Origin: an uncultured delta proteobacterium
GTDB lineage: Bacteria; Myxococcota_A; Polyangia; Polyangiales; Polyangiaceae
Assembly: GCA_963841435.1 (NCBI GenBank)
Contig: CAWJCS010000005.1
Coordinates: 1,536,001 to 1,600,000 of the forward strand
Direction of reading: 5' to 3'
Length of the DNA: 64,000 nucleotides
Part shown: one piece after another, positions 8,552 through 18,844 of the stretch
Layout of the letters: every line of letters begins with the position of its first letter
How positions within the stretch are numbered: the first letter of the stretch is position 1
Notes under the pieces: generated by a model
What the model saw: the letters and a program-made list of their open reading frames with translations, nothing else
Told to the model about the DNA's origin: nothing
Database searches by the model: none
Program-made: the position numbers and the translations under genes

Positions 8552-11500
8552 GTGAAGCTCCGTCTCGCCGCGCTCTGCCTCGGGCTCCTCGCCGTCTCCG
8601 AGACCTCCCGAGCCGCTCCGGCACCGTTTCACCCCGACCTCGTGACGCGCGTCGCCGAGCTCGGTGCGGCCCGCGGACCCGAGGCGTACGCGGCCGTTCG
8701 CCGCATCTGGTCGAGCTGGGACCGCGCGTCGCCGGAGCACGTCGAGGAAGCACTGCTCGCGGCGACGCGAGACGAAAAGCTCACGCCGCCCGTCCGCGCG
8801 TACGCATCCGTGCTCGCCGCGCTTTCGCGCATGCGCCGAGGAGACCTCGAGGGCGGCGCGCGCAGTGTCCGCGCGCTCGGCTACGTCGATCGCTGGCTCG
8901 TCATCGGGCCGTTCGACAACGAAGGCAAGGCGGGCCTCGACACGGCGTACGGCCCCGAGCTCACGCTCGACCAGCCGATCGTGCCGGGCCGCGCCGAATC
9001 GGGCAAGGAACGCCCCGTGCGCTGGCGCGGCGTGCCGCACGAATTCTCGCACGGCTTCGTCCACTTCGGCTCGCTCATGCGGCCGGAGAAGAAGATTTGC
9101 GCCTACGCGACGACCTTCGTGCGCGCGCTGCCGGGGACGAAAGCGCCCCGCAGCGTGAGCGCCTGGGTCGGCGCCGCCGGCGCGTTCAAGGCGTTCTGGA
9201 ACGGCAGCGAGGTCCTCGATTCGAAGACCTACGCCAGCCATGATTTCGATCGCTACGGCGTTCGCCTCGAGCTCGACGACGGAACGAACGCCCTCACGGT
9301 GAAGGTGTGCGGCGAGGACAACGCGCCCGTACTTTCGGTCCGCTTCGGCGACGCCGTGGGCGCGCCCGAGCACGGCCTCGAGTTCGGCAACGACCCCGCA
9401 GCGAGCGCCGACGCATCCGCGCTCGTCCACCGGCTGGGGCAGAAGGGACACGAGCCGCCCCGCGGTCGCCCGCTACTCGGCCCGATGCAGGCTTTCGAAG
9501 CCGAGATGAGCGCGAAGACCGTGAGCGCCCGCGCGCTCGAAGGGTACGCCCGCTACCTCTACGAAACGGACGGCGACGATCCCGCCGTCCACCTCGCTCG
9601 GGACCTGTCCCTGCGCGCCGCCGAAAAGGAGCCGAGCGTCCGGCGCTACCTGCTCGCCGCGTCGCTCGCCGAGGATCACAACCACAAGAAGGACCTCATC
9701 GACGAGGCGGAGGCGCTCGTTCCCGCCGGCACCACGGACCCCGACGTGCTGCTCGCTCGAGCGCTCGAGCGGCGCGAGAGTCCGAGCTTTCAGGAAGCCT
9801 TCCCCTATTTCGATCGGCTGCTCGCCATCGATCCCGACAACGTCGCCGCGATCCAGGGCCGCGTCGAGCTTTACAACATGGCGGGTCTGCCGCGTACCGC
9901 GCTCGCAACGCTGAGCGCGGCGCTCGAGCGCAATCCGAACGCCGTGAACCTCCTGAACCTCTACGCGTCGGAGCTCCGGCTGCTCGGGCGCGACACCGAA
10001 GCCACCGAGGTCGAGGCCCGTTACAGCGGGCTGCGTTTCGACGACGGCACCTTCCTCGGCCGTATGCTGGGGCTCGCCGTGGCCCGCCGGGAGCGACCGG
10101 CGGCGGAGCATTGGGCCGAGCGCCTCGTGGGCTCGCACCCCGGCGATCTCTGGGCGCTCAACGCATCGGCACGCGCCTACCGCGCCCTCGGCCAGACCGA
10201 GCGCGCCATCGCCACGTACCAGCGCTCGCTGGAGCTCGCCCCCGAGGACACCGGCACGCTGCGCACGCTCGCAAACCTCTACGGCGAGCTCGGCCGCACC
10301 GACGCGGAGCTCGCGCTCCTGCGCGAGATTTTGCGCCTTCGCCCCCAGGATAAGGCCGTGCGCGAGTACGTCGAGCACGTCGAGCCGAAGCGGCCGCGCC
10401 CCGACGAAGCGTACGCGTGGGGCCCCGAGCGCTTCCTGCCGCTCCGGCACGCCCCGGCGCGCGGCGAGAACCGGCGCACGCTGCGCGACCTCACGGTTTC
10501 GACGGTGTTCGACAACGGGCTTTCCAGCAAGTACCGCCAGATCGTCTTCCAGCCGCTCACGGACTCGGCGGCCGCGGCCGCGCGCCAGCACGCGTTCGTG
10601 TACGAGGCCGATCAGCAGGTGGTCGAGCTGCAGGGGCGCCAAGGTCTACCGCGCCAGCGGGCGCATCGACGAGGCGATCGAATCCGGCGAGGGTCCAGCC
10701 GACGATCCAACGGTGTCGATGTACACGTCGAGCCGCGCCTTCTACGTGCAGTTCCCGCGCCTCGAAGCGGGCGACGTCGTGGAGCTCCGCTACCGCATCG
10801 ACGACGTGACGCCCCGCAACGAGTTCAACGACTATTTCGGCGAAATCACCACACTGCAGAGCGACGAGCCGACCGAGAACGCCGAATACGTCGTCATCGC
10901 ACCGAAGAGCCGCCCGCTCTATTTCGACGCCCAGGTCCCAGGGCTCACGCAGTCGTCCGTCGAGCGCGGCGACCAGCGCTTTCTGCGCTTCTTTTCGCCG
11001 TCCGTGCCGGCCCTCGATGCCGAGCCCGCGATGCCGCCCGCGCAGGAGCTGCTCGGTTTCGTGCACGTCTCCACCTACAAGACCTGGGACGACCTCGGCC
11101 GCTGGTACTACGGCCTCATCAAGGACCAGTTCGACCTCGACGACGAGACGCGCAAGCTCGCGAAGAACATCGCGGGTAGCGCGAAGACCGAGCGCGAGAA
11201 GGTGGAGGCCGTCTACGACTGGGTCACGAAGAACACGCGCTACGTGGCGCTCGAGTTCGGCATCTACGGCTACAAGCCGCGGCGCTGCGTCCAGACGGTC
11301 ACGCGCGGCTGGGGCGACTGCAAGGACAAGGCGACCGTGCTCGTGACGCTGCTCAAGGAGCTCGGCATCCCGGCGACGCTCGTCGTCGTACGCACCCAGT
11401 TCAAGGGCGCCCTTCGCTCGAAGATCCCGAGCTTCGCCCCGTTCGACCACGCCATCGCCTACGTCCCTTCGCTCGATCTCTATCTCGACGGCACCGCGGA

Positions 11501-12246
11501 GCACACGGGCATCGACGAGCTGCCGCGCGCCGACATCGGAGCGCTCGGACTGCGCGTCAACGAGGGCAAGGCCCAGCTCGTGACCCTGCCGATTCCGGGG
11601 CCGGAAAAGAACTACGTCGAGCGCGAGGTCCACGCACGCGTGCAGAAGAACGGCGACTCGAAGCTTTCGCTCGACTACAACGCGCGGGGCTACTCGGCCG
11701 CGCAGTGGCGCCGCGAATACCACGCCGAGGCGGTGCTGCGGGAGCGGCTCAGCCACGACCTCGGCGGTGAGCTCCCCGGCTTCGTGATCGCCCCAGGCGC
11801 GCAGGGCATCCAGACGAGCGACCTCGACGACGCCCGCACGCCCGTCCAGATCCACGTCGAGGGTAGCGCCTCGAGCTTCGCCCGTCGCGAGGGCGATCGG
11901 CTCTCGATGGCGGTCACCAATCCGTTCCGCATGGTCGAAAACTTCGCCTCACTCTCGCAACGCAAGCAGGACGTTCTGGACGCTGGGCTTCACCGAGCTC
12001 CGCGATACCTTCATGATCGAGCTGCCGACGGGCGCTCGCGTGGTCTCTGCGCCCGTGAGCGCCGAGGGTAAGAGCCGCTTCGGCTGGTTTTCGATCGTCG
12101 TTGACCGACAAGGGGACCGCATGACGGTCAAGAGCCGCTACGGGCTCGGAGTGCCGCGCGTGGCCCCCAAGGACTACCCGGCGTTCCGTCGCTTCTGCGA
12201 GGACGTGGATCGCGCCATGAGCCCGCGGCTGGTGATCGAGCCATGA
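8552..12246 (+). CDS. Large secreted TPR + DUF3857 + transglutaminase-like protein (catalytic triad present); two apparent +1 frameshifts
   Basis: Signal peptide from GTG 8552; WLVIGPFDN beta-sandwich; TPRs. Removing one G at 10633-10636 restores VELQGAKVYRASG...FPRLEAGDVVELRY (DUF3857). GDCKDKA / FDHAI / LDGT triad. Removing one G at 11978-11979 joins ORF 12013-12246. Confidence 0.85.
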
Positions 12247-15200
12247 CGCTGGGCAGGCAGCGCGCCCGCCGCGCGGTCTGGGCGCGCCTGGCGGTTCTCG
12301 CCGGCCTCGCGCTGGCACCGGCGTGCGCGACCGAGAAACCCGCCCACGGACCGCCAGTCGCCGCGCTGCGGGGCGAGGGTTCGGCGTCCAAAGATCCGGA
12401 GCTCGTGGGCCGCTGGCTGCTCGGCGAGCTCGTGTCGCCCGGCGGCGATCCCAAACAGGCCGAGTCGGCACGCCGAAGGCTCGACTCGCTCGGTGGCCAC
12501 GGCTTGCTCGCGAGCCTTGCGCGGGGCCTCGACGACGCGGCGCACGGGCGATTGAGCCGCGTCTCGGAGGAATACCTCGAAGCCCTGGTGGCGGCGCGCG
12601 ACTCCCGCGACCCGCGGGCACCGATCTTCGCCTGGCTCGCCGCCCACGACGCCGCCGGGTATCGCCACGCCGCTCCCGGATTCTGGGAGAAGAAGAAGGC
12701 GACGGTCGAAGGGCTGCTCCGCGCGCCCGGCAAGATCGGCTGGCGCGCACGGCTCGAGCTGGCGGAGTGGTGGGCGATGGAAACGCGGGCCGCGGCCGTC
12801 AACGATGCGGACGAGCTCGCTGCCCGCCAGCAAGGCTGCGTCACGCCCGTGCGCCTCGCGGGCGCGTTCGGGCGCGACGCCGCGCGCGACGCGCTTCGGT
12901 CGTTTCCGCCCGAGTCGCCAGGCGCCTGGCCTGCGCGCTGGGAGCCGGACCCGGACGTGGGCAACGCGCCCCATGTCCTCGAGTCGAAGACCCAAGGCTG
13001 CCGAGTGACGGCCGACGAGCCCCCGTCGAGCGGCATCTACTACGCGGAGACGTTCGTCGACGTCGAGGAGCCCGTCGAGCTCTTGGTCGCGGTGCAGGGG
13101 GCGCTCGTCGTGTGGGTTGACGACCGACCGGTCGTCGTGCGCGACGTCCGGCGCTGGGGCTCGTGGCTCGAATTCGGCTCTCGCGTCACGTTCTCGCGCG
13201 GCCGCCATCGCCTGCTCGCCAAGCTCGGCGCTCCGACGACGTCCGTGCGGCTGATGTTCCCCGACGGGCGACCTTACGGCCGCCCGGGCAGCACCGACGC
13301 GACCACGCCGTACGTGCTCGCGCAGCCGGCGCGCGTCACCTCGGAAAACCCGCTCGATCCATGGGTGCACGGCGGCAAGGTCGTCGACGAAGGCGATGAT
13401 CTCGTGCGCTTCTTCGGCGCGCGGGCCGCGCAGATCGACGATCAGTCCGACGTGGCGGCGGTCCTGAGCGGCCCGCTAGTCCGCGAGCCGACGCGCGCCA
13501 CCGGCCTCTCGCTCGCGGTCGCCGCGCTCTTCTCGGAATCGGACCCGATCTTCGCCGACAGCCAGCAGCGCGATCTGTCCCGCGAGCTCGGCGAGCGCGC
13601 CCAGACACGCGACCCGCACCTCTGGCAGCCACGCCTCGCCATCGCGAGCTCGCTCAAGGAACGCAGCGGTCCGATCGAAGCGGCGCGCGCCGTCGCCGAG
13701 CTCGTCGACGAGTTTCCGGAGGTCCCCGCCGTGCTGAGCGAGCTCGCGCAGCTCTACCGCGAGCTCGGCTGGAGCGCCGAGTACGGGCGCGCGGCGCGCA
13801 CCATCGCCAAGCGCTTCTCCGACGATCCGTCGGCGCTGGAGATCGCGGTGGCGGTGTTCGACGAGCAGGGCGAGCCCGAAAAGGCCGAGGCGCTCGCGAA
13901 GCGCATCCAGAAGCTCGATCCGGACAACGAGATCGTGCTGTCACGCGCTCTCGAACGCGACGACTACACGGCGGCGCTCGCGGAGCTCGAGCGGCTCGCC
14001 AAGCGGCGGCCGGACCGCAAGGACATCGCCGAGCGCATCCACGACGTGATGGTGCGATCCGGTAACCAGGCCGAGTCGTGGAAGAAGCTCGAAGCCGCGA
14101 TCGAAAAGGACCCGCGCGATGACGACCCGCGGCTCGCACTCGCCGATCTGCGCTACGCCTCCGGTGATCGGCAGGCGCTCGTCGCGGCCGTCGTGGACTC
14201 GGTACGCAGCGGGGCGCCCACGGGCCGCCTCGAGACGGCGCTCGATCTGGTCGAGGGGGCGACCGAGCTCGAGCCGTACCGCATCGACACGGAGGCGGCG
14301 ATTCGCGAATTCGAGAGCCAGAAGGAGCCGCTCAGCGGCACCGCGGCGCGCGTGCTCGACTATTCCGCCGTGTGGGTCAAGAGCGACGGCTCGAGCCGCC
14401 TTTTGGAGCACGAGATCGTACGCGTGCAGAGCGCCGAAGCCATCGGCGAAATGGCGGAGCAGCCGCTCAGGGAAGGCGTGTTCCTCAAGCTGCGCGTGCG
14501 TAAACAGGACGGCAGCGTGCTCGAGCCGGAGCTCGTGGCGGGCAAGCCCACGGTCACGATGCCGCACCTCGAAGTGGGCGACTACATCGAGACGGAGCGC
14601 ATCGAGAGCTCGCCGGGCGACGGCCGGCACGGGCTACGCTGGGTTGGCCCGCGCTGGTTCTTCCGCGAGGAGAATGTCGCCTACGCGCGCAGCGAGTTCG
14701 TCGTCATCTCGCCGAAGAATCGCCCGCTGCAGATCGAGACCAAGAACCAGGTGCCACCGCCCCAGACGACCGAGCGCGACGGGCTCGTCGTGCGGCGCTG
14801 GCGCGTCGACCGGAGCGAAGCGGCGCCCGTGGAGCCGTTCGGCGCGCCGATCACCGAGTTTTTGCCCAGCGTGCAGGTGGGCTGGGGCGTCTCGCTCGAC
14901 GCGACGCTCCGCTCGCTCGCCGACAGCGCCGACGACCTCACCCCGATCGACCCGCGCGTCCGGCGCGTCGCTGAGCGCATCGTGGAGCCCCTACCGCCGA
15001 GCGCGCAGGCCGACCGGGCGCGGCGCCTCTATCACTGGATCACGGCGAACGTCGAAGAGGGCAACGAGGTCGACGGGCGGCGCGTCGTGATGGGCAAGAA
15101 CGGCAATCTCTGGCGGGGATACCTCGTGCTCTGCCGCGCGCTCGGCATCCCCGCCGATTACGCCGTCGTGCAGAACCGGCTCACGCTCGCTCCCACGGGC

Positions 15201-16028
15201 CCGTTCTCCGCGGCGACCGTGTACACGCAGCCACTGCTCCGCGTGAAGACCGAAAAGGGCGACACCTGGCTCACGCTCGGTAGCAAGCACGCGCCCTTCG
15301 GCTACGTGCCCGCCGACGCACGAGGCATGCCGGCCGTCGTGTTCTCGGGCGGAGAGGTGAAGAAGACTACGACGCCCGCCGCCGGAGCGCTCGATCACGC
15401 AGCAACGGACGGCACGGTCGAGCTCGCCGCCGACGGCTCGGCCACGCTGAAGCTCGTGCAGACGTTCCACGGAAAGTACGCGACGGGCCTGCGCGGCGCG
15501 CTCTCCCAGCTCCCCGAACGTCAGATCCGCGACGCCATCGAGACGCGCCTGCTCGGTGGCCCGCTGCGCGGCGCCGAGCTCCTCGACTATCACATCGACG
15601 GCGTCGCCGATCCCGACGCGCCGATTCGCATCACCACCCACTCGAAGAGCCGCACCTTCGCGCAGGCGGTGGGCGGCGTCTTGATCATCCAGCCGCCGGG
15701 TTTCGGTCCGCGCCTCGGTCAGATGGCGACCCTCGCGACGCGCCAGACTCCGCTCATCGTGGTCGACTCGATCTCGCAGAGCGTCAAGCTCACGCTCCAG
15801 CTGCCGAAGGGCGCCGCGCTCGAGACCGCGCCCAAGCAGCGCCACATCACCAACGCCGAACGTCGCGTTGACGTGCTCGACGCCGCCAAGGGCTCGACCC
15901 TCGTGCTCGACCGGCGCGTCTCGCTCCCAGCGGGGCGCGTGCAGCCGGCGGCCTATCCGGCGTTTCTCGAGTTCACGCGCCGCGCCGACGAAGCAACGTC
16001 CGGCAGCTTCCGCGTACGGCTTCGCTGA
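12243..16028 (+). CDS. Large lipoprotein with TPR + DUF3857 + degenerate transglutaminase-like domain
   Basis: Lipobox-like LAPAC; TPRs; MPHLEVGDYIE (DUF3857-like). The transglutaminase region reads GNLWRGYLVLCRALGIPA and lacks the GxC nucleophile motif. ATGA overlap with the upstream gene. Confidence 0.85.
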   Translation: MTLGRQRARRAVWARLAVLAGLALAPACATEKPAHGPPVAALRGEGSASKDPELVGRWLLGELVSPGGDPKQAESARRRLDSLGGHGLLASLARGLDDAAHGRLSRVSEEYLEALVAARDSRDPRAPIFAWLAAHDAAGYRHAAPGFWEKKKATVEGLLRAPGKIGWRARLELAEWWAMETRAAAVNDADELAARQQGCVTPVRLAGAFGRDAARDALRSFPPESPGAWPARWEPDPDVGNAPHVLESKTQGCRVTADEPPSSGIYYAETFVDVEEPVELLVAVQGALVVWVDDRPVVVRDVRRWGSWLEFGSRVTFSRGRHRLLAKLGAPTTSVRLMFPDGRPYGRPGSTDATTPYVLAQPARVTSENPLDPWVHGGKVVDEGDDLVRFFGARAAQIDDQSDVAAVLSGPLVREPTRATGLSLAVAALFSESDPIFADSQQRDLSRELGERAQTRDPHLWQPRLAIASSLKERSGPIEAARAVAELVDEFPEVPAVLSELAQLYRELGWSAEYGRAARTIAKRFSDDPSALEIAVAVFDEQGEPEKAEALAKRIQKLDPDNEIVLSRALERDDYTAALAELERLAKRRPDRKDIAERIHDVMVRSGNQAESWKKLEAAIEKDPRDDDPRLALADLRYASGDRQALVAAVVDSVRSGAPTGRLETALDLVEGATELEPYRIDTEAAIREFESQKEPLSGTAARVLDYSAVWVKSDGSSRLLEHEIVRVQSAEAIGEMAEQPLREGVFLKLRVRKQDGSVLEPELVAGKPTVTMPHLEVGDYIETERIESSPGDGRHGLRWVGPRWFFREENVAYARSEFVVISPKNRPLQIETKNQVPPPQTTERDGLVVRRWRVDRSEAAPVEPFGAPITEFLPSVQVGWGVSLDATLRSLADSADDLTPIDPRVRRVAERIVEPLPPSAQADRARRLYHWITANVEEGNEVDGRRVVMGKNGNLWRGYLVLCRALGIPADYAVVQNRLTLAPTGPFSAATVYTQPLLRVKTEKGDTWLTLGSKHAPFGYVPADARGMPAVVFSGGEVKKTTTPAAGALDHAATDGTVELAADGSATLKLVQTFHGKYATGLRGALSQLPERQIRDAIETRLLGGPLRGAELLDYHIDGVADPDAPIRITTHSKSRTFAQAVGGVLIIQPPGFGPRLGQMATLATRQTPLIVVDSISQSVKLTLQLPKGAALETAPKQRHITNAERRVDVLDAAKGSTLVLDRRVSLPAGRVQPAAYPAFLEFTRRADEATSGSFRVRLR

Positions 16029-16040
16029 CCGAGCGCCGCT

Positions 16041-16703
16041 CTACTTCGAGCTCTTGCGCATCGATTCGTCGGCTTCCTTGATACGCTTCTCGATGCGAGC
16101 CTTGACCTCCGCCGCATCGGCCGAGATCTTCTTCCAGTCCTCCGCGCGCTTGATGCGATCCGCCGCGGTCGCGGGATAGCCGCGGGCCTCCGGCTGAGAC
16201 TGGACGTGCTGCTGGTACTCCTTCCAGCGAGCGACGCTCTCGTCGTAGGTCTTCGCGCGCTCCTTGAGGTCGGCCAGCACGAACAAGATCTTGCTGCGGA
16301 AGGCTTGATCGTTACCAACGAAACGCAGCGCGGCCTGCCAGGACTGCTCGGCCTCGTCGAGATCACCCTTGGCGAGCTGCGCCGAGCCGAGCCGATAGTG
16401 GCCAAGGGCCGCATCGGGGTGCTTCTCGACCTCTTTCCGGTACGCCGCGATGGCGCCGTCGAAGTCGCGCGCGAGGTACGCGCTGTCGCCCTTTTGCACG
16501 GCCTCCGAGTAGGGGCTCGGACCGGCGGGTGCAGCGGGCGCCTTCGTGGTGGCGGGCGCGGCGCTGGCGGGCGCGGCGCTGGCGGGCGCGGCGGCGGCCG
16601 GCGCGGCAGGGGGCGGCGTGGCGGGCGCCTGCGCTAGCGCCGATGCGCTCACGAGAACACCGAGCGCGACGACCACAGGCGAAAACGACTGCGAGCGCTT
16701 CAT
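16041..16703 (-). CDS. Secreted TPR protein with Pro/Ala-rich linker
   Basis: Signal peptide MKRSQSFSPVVVALGVLVSASALA; TPR helices (KGDSAYLARDFDGAIAAY, ALGHYRLGSAQLAKGDLDEAEQSW). Confidence 0.8.
   Translation of the reverse strand: MKRSQSFSPVVVALGVLVSASALAQAPATPPPAAPAAAAPASAAPASAAPATTKAPAAPAGPSPYSEAVQKGDSAYLARDFDGAIAAYRKEVEKHPDAALGHYRLGSAQLAKGDLDEAEQSWQAALRFVGNDQAFRSKILFVLADLKERAKTYDESVARWKEYQQHVQSQPEARGYPATAADRIKRAEDWKKISADAAEVKARIEKRIKEADESMRKSSK
16551..16593. repeat. 15-bp tandem repeat (GGCGGGCGCGGCGCT, about 2.9 copies) encoding SAAPA linker units
   Basis: Read directly from the sequence; in frame within the TPR protein linker. Confidence 0.7.
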
Positions 16704-16764
16704 GAAAGCGACGCTAGCACGGCTCGCCAGGGCACCGAAGCCCAGCGTGGTATGCCTCGAATCC

Positions 16765-18798
16765 ATGCTGCGCGCGAGCCTTGGAAACGCCCGGCGCAAG
16801 CTCGCGGCGTTCTTGGTCGCCGTGGGCGTCGCGTCCTGCGGGGCTCGACCCTCCACTCCCGTCAGCGCTCCAGAGGACGCGCTCCCGAGCGAGCCCGCGG
16901 CCGTCGCCCCGATCATCGTGGCGCGGGGCGACGCCGAACAGGGCGTCGATCACGGCACGGCCAAGGTCCCAGTGACGGCAGCCGACCCCCAGCTCGGCGA
17001 CGCCCTCGCGCCCGTGACGATCGTCGAGTTCGGCGACTTCGAATGTCCCTTCACGGCTCGCGTCGCGCCGACCTTGCGCGCGATACGAGAGCTCTACGGC
17101 CCGAGCCAGGTGCGGATCGTCTGGAAGCACGAGCCGCTCGACTTTCACTTGCACGCGCGTGCGGCGCACGAAGCCGCCGCGGCGGTCTTCACGCTGGGAG
17201 GCAACGCGGCGTTCTGGAGCTTTGCCGAGCGCCTTCTCGCCCACCAAGACCAGCTGGATGCGGCGCATTTCGCCGTTTGGGCTGCACAAGCCGGGGTGGA
17301 TCCCACGCGTTTTGCGCAAGCGCTGGGGTCAGGTGCGGGACGGGCCGACGTGGACGACGACCTCGCGCTCGCGGGGCAGCTCGGCCCGCGTGGGACGCCG
17401 GCATTCCGCATCAACGGCGCCGTGCTGACCGGCGCCCAGCCGCTCGAAGCGTTCCGCGCCATCATCGACGAGCAGATCGCGGCTGCGCGGGAGCTCTCCG
17501 AAGCAGGCACGCCGCCGGAGGCCATCTACCCGACCCTTACGAACCGCGCCGTCGCCGTCGAGCCGGAAGCCGCCACGGCCCGCGCCGAGCCCGACGTGGA
17601 CGAGACCGTCTGGAAGATCCCCGTGACGGCCCAGGATCCCGCGCGGGGGCCAGCCGATGCGCTCGTGACGATCGTCGAGTGGAGCGACTTCGAGTGTCCG
17701 TTCTGCAAGCGTGTTCAAGACACGCTCGAGCGCGTCCGGAGCACGTATCCGGACGACGTGCGACTCGTCTGGAAGGACAATCCACTCCCGTTCCATCGAC
17801 ATGCCAAGCCGAGCGCCGTGCTCGGCCGCGTCGTCTTTCACGCCAAGGGCAACGACGCCTTCTGGCAGGTCCACGACGCGCTGTTCCTGAGCCAGCCGGC
17901 GCTGGAAGACGGCGACCTCGGGGACATCGCGCGCGCCGCCGGTGTCGCCTGGCCCCGCGTGAAGCGCGCCATCACACGGAGCGCGGAGCTCACCGAGGTC
18001 GAACACAGCATCGAGCTTGCCTCTGCGTTCGAGGCGCGCGGCACGCCGCATTTCTTCGTGAACGGACGGCGGCTCGCCGGAGCGCAGCCCTTCGAGGCTT
18101 TTCAGGAGATGATCGACAGCGAGCTCGGCAAAGCCCGAGCGCTCGTCGAACGCGGGACGCCGCGCGCCCGCGTCTACGCGACGATCCTCGAAACCGCGAA
18201 GGACCCGCCGGCTCCGGAGCGGAAGGAGCTGCCCCCGCTCGACCCGAGCGCGCCTTCGCGCGGCAAGCGGAGCGCCCCCGTGGTGATCGAGGAGTGGGCC
18301 GATTTCCAGTGCCCCTTCTGCTCGCGCGTCGAGCCGACGCTCGAGGCCATCCGTCGCGAGTTCGGGGGTCAGGTGCGGCTCGTCTGGCACCATCTGCCGC
18401 TTCCCTTCCATCAGGACGCAGCGCTCGCGGCCGAAGCCGCCGAGGAAGTCCGTGCTCAGAAGGGCGACGGCGCCTTCTGGCGCTATCACGATCTCTTGCT
18501 CGAAGCGCAGAAGGAGCCCGAGGGGCTCGCCCGCGAGCAGCTGGAGGTGCTCGCTCTGAAGGTCGGCGTGAGCGTCGAACGCTTCCGTGAGGCGCTCGAC
18601 GACCACCGGCACCGTGACCGCGTCGACGCCGACGCCGAGGTCGGAAAGACCGTGGGCATCAACGGAACACCGGCTTTCGTCATCAACGGCTACTATTTGA
18701 GTGGCGCGCAGCCCGAAAGCCGCTTTCGAGCGCTCGTGAAGCGAGCCCTCGCCGATCGAAAGCGACCGCATCAAGGCCCGCCAACCGGCGCGCCCTAG
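16765..18798 (+). CDS. Lipoprotein with three DsbA-like (Thioredoxin_4) domains
   Basis: Three repeats of ..EF/W.DF.CPF[T/C]...P.FH...GTP.F..NG..L.GAQP; active sites CPFT, CPFC, CPFC; lipobox VASC. Confidence 0.92.
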   Translation: MLRASLGNARRKLAAFLVAVGVASCGARPSTPVSAPEDALPSEPAAVAPIIVARGDAEQGVDHGTAKVPVTAADPQLGDALAPVTIVEFGDFECPFTARVAPTLRAIRELYGPSQVRIVWKHEPLDFHLHARAAHEAAAAVFTLGGNAAFWSFAERLLAHQDQLDAAHFAVWAAQAGVDPTRFAQALGSGAGRADVDDDLALAGQLGPRGTPAFRINGAVLTGAQPLEAFRAIIDEQIAAARELSEAGTPPEAIYPTLTNRAVAVEPEAATARAEPDVDETVWKIPVTAQDPARGPADALVTIVEWSDFECPFCKRVQDTLERVRSTYPDDVRLVWKDNPLPFHRHAKPSAVLGRVVFHAKGNDAFWQVHDALFLSQPALEDGDLGDIARAAGVAWPRVKRAITRSAELTEVEHSIELASAFEARGTPHFFVNGRRLAGAQPFEAFQEMIDSELGKARALVERGTPRARVYATILETAKDPPAPERKELPPLDPSAPSRGKRSAPVVIEEWADFQCPFCSRVEPTLEAIRREFGGQVRLVWHHLPLPFHQDAALAAEAAEEVRAQKGDGAFWRYHDLLLEAQKEPEGLAREQLEVLALKVGVSVERFREALDDHRHRDRVDADAEVGKTVGINGTPAFVINGYYLSGAQPESRFRALVKRALADRKRPHQGPPTGAP

Positions 18799-18844
18799 GA
18801 GCGCATTTCCGGTACGCCGGAGGAGCGCTAAGGTCGCCCGGAGC

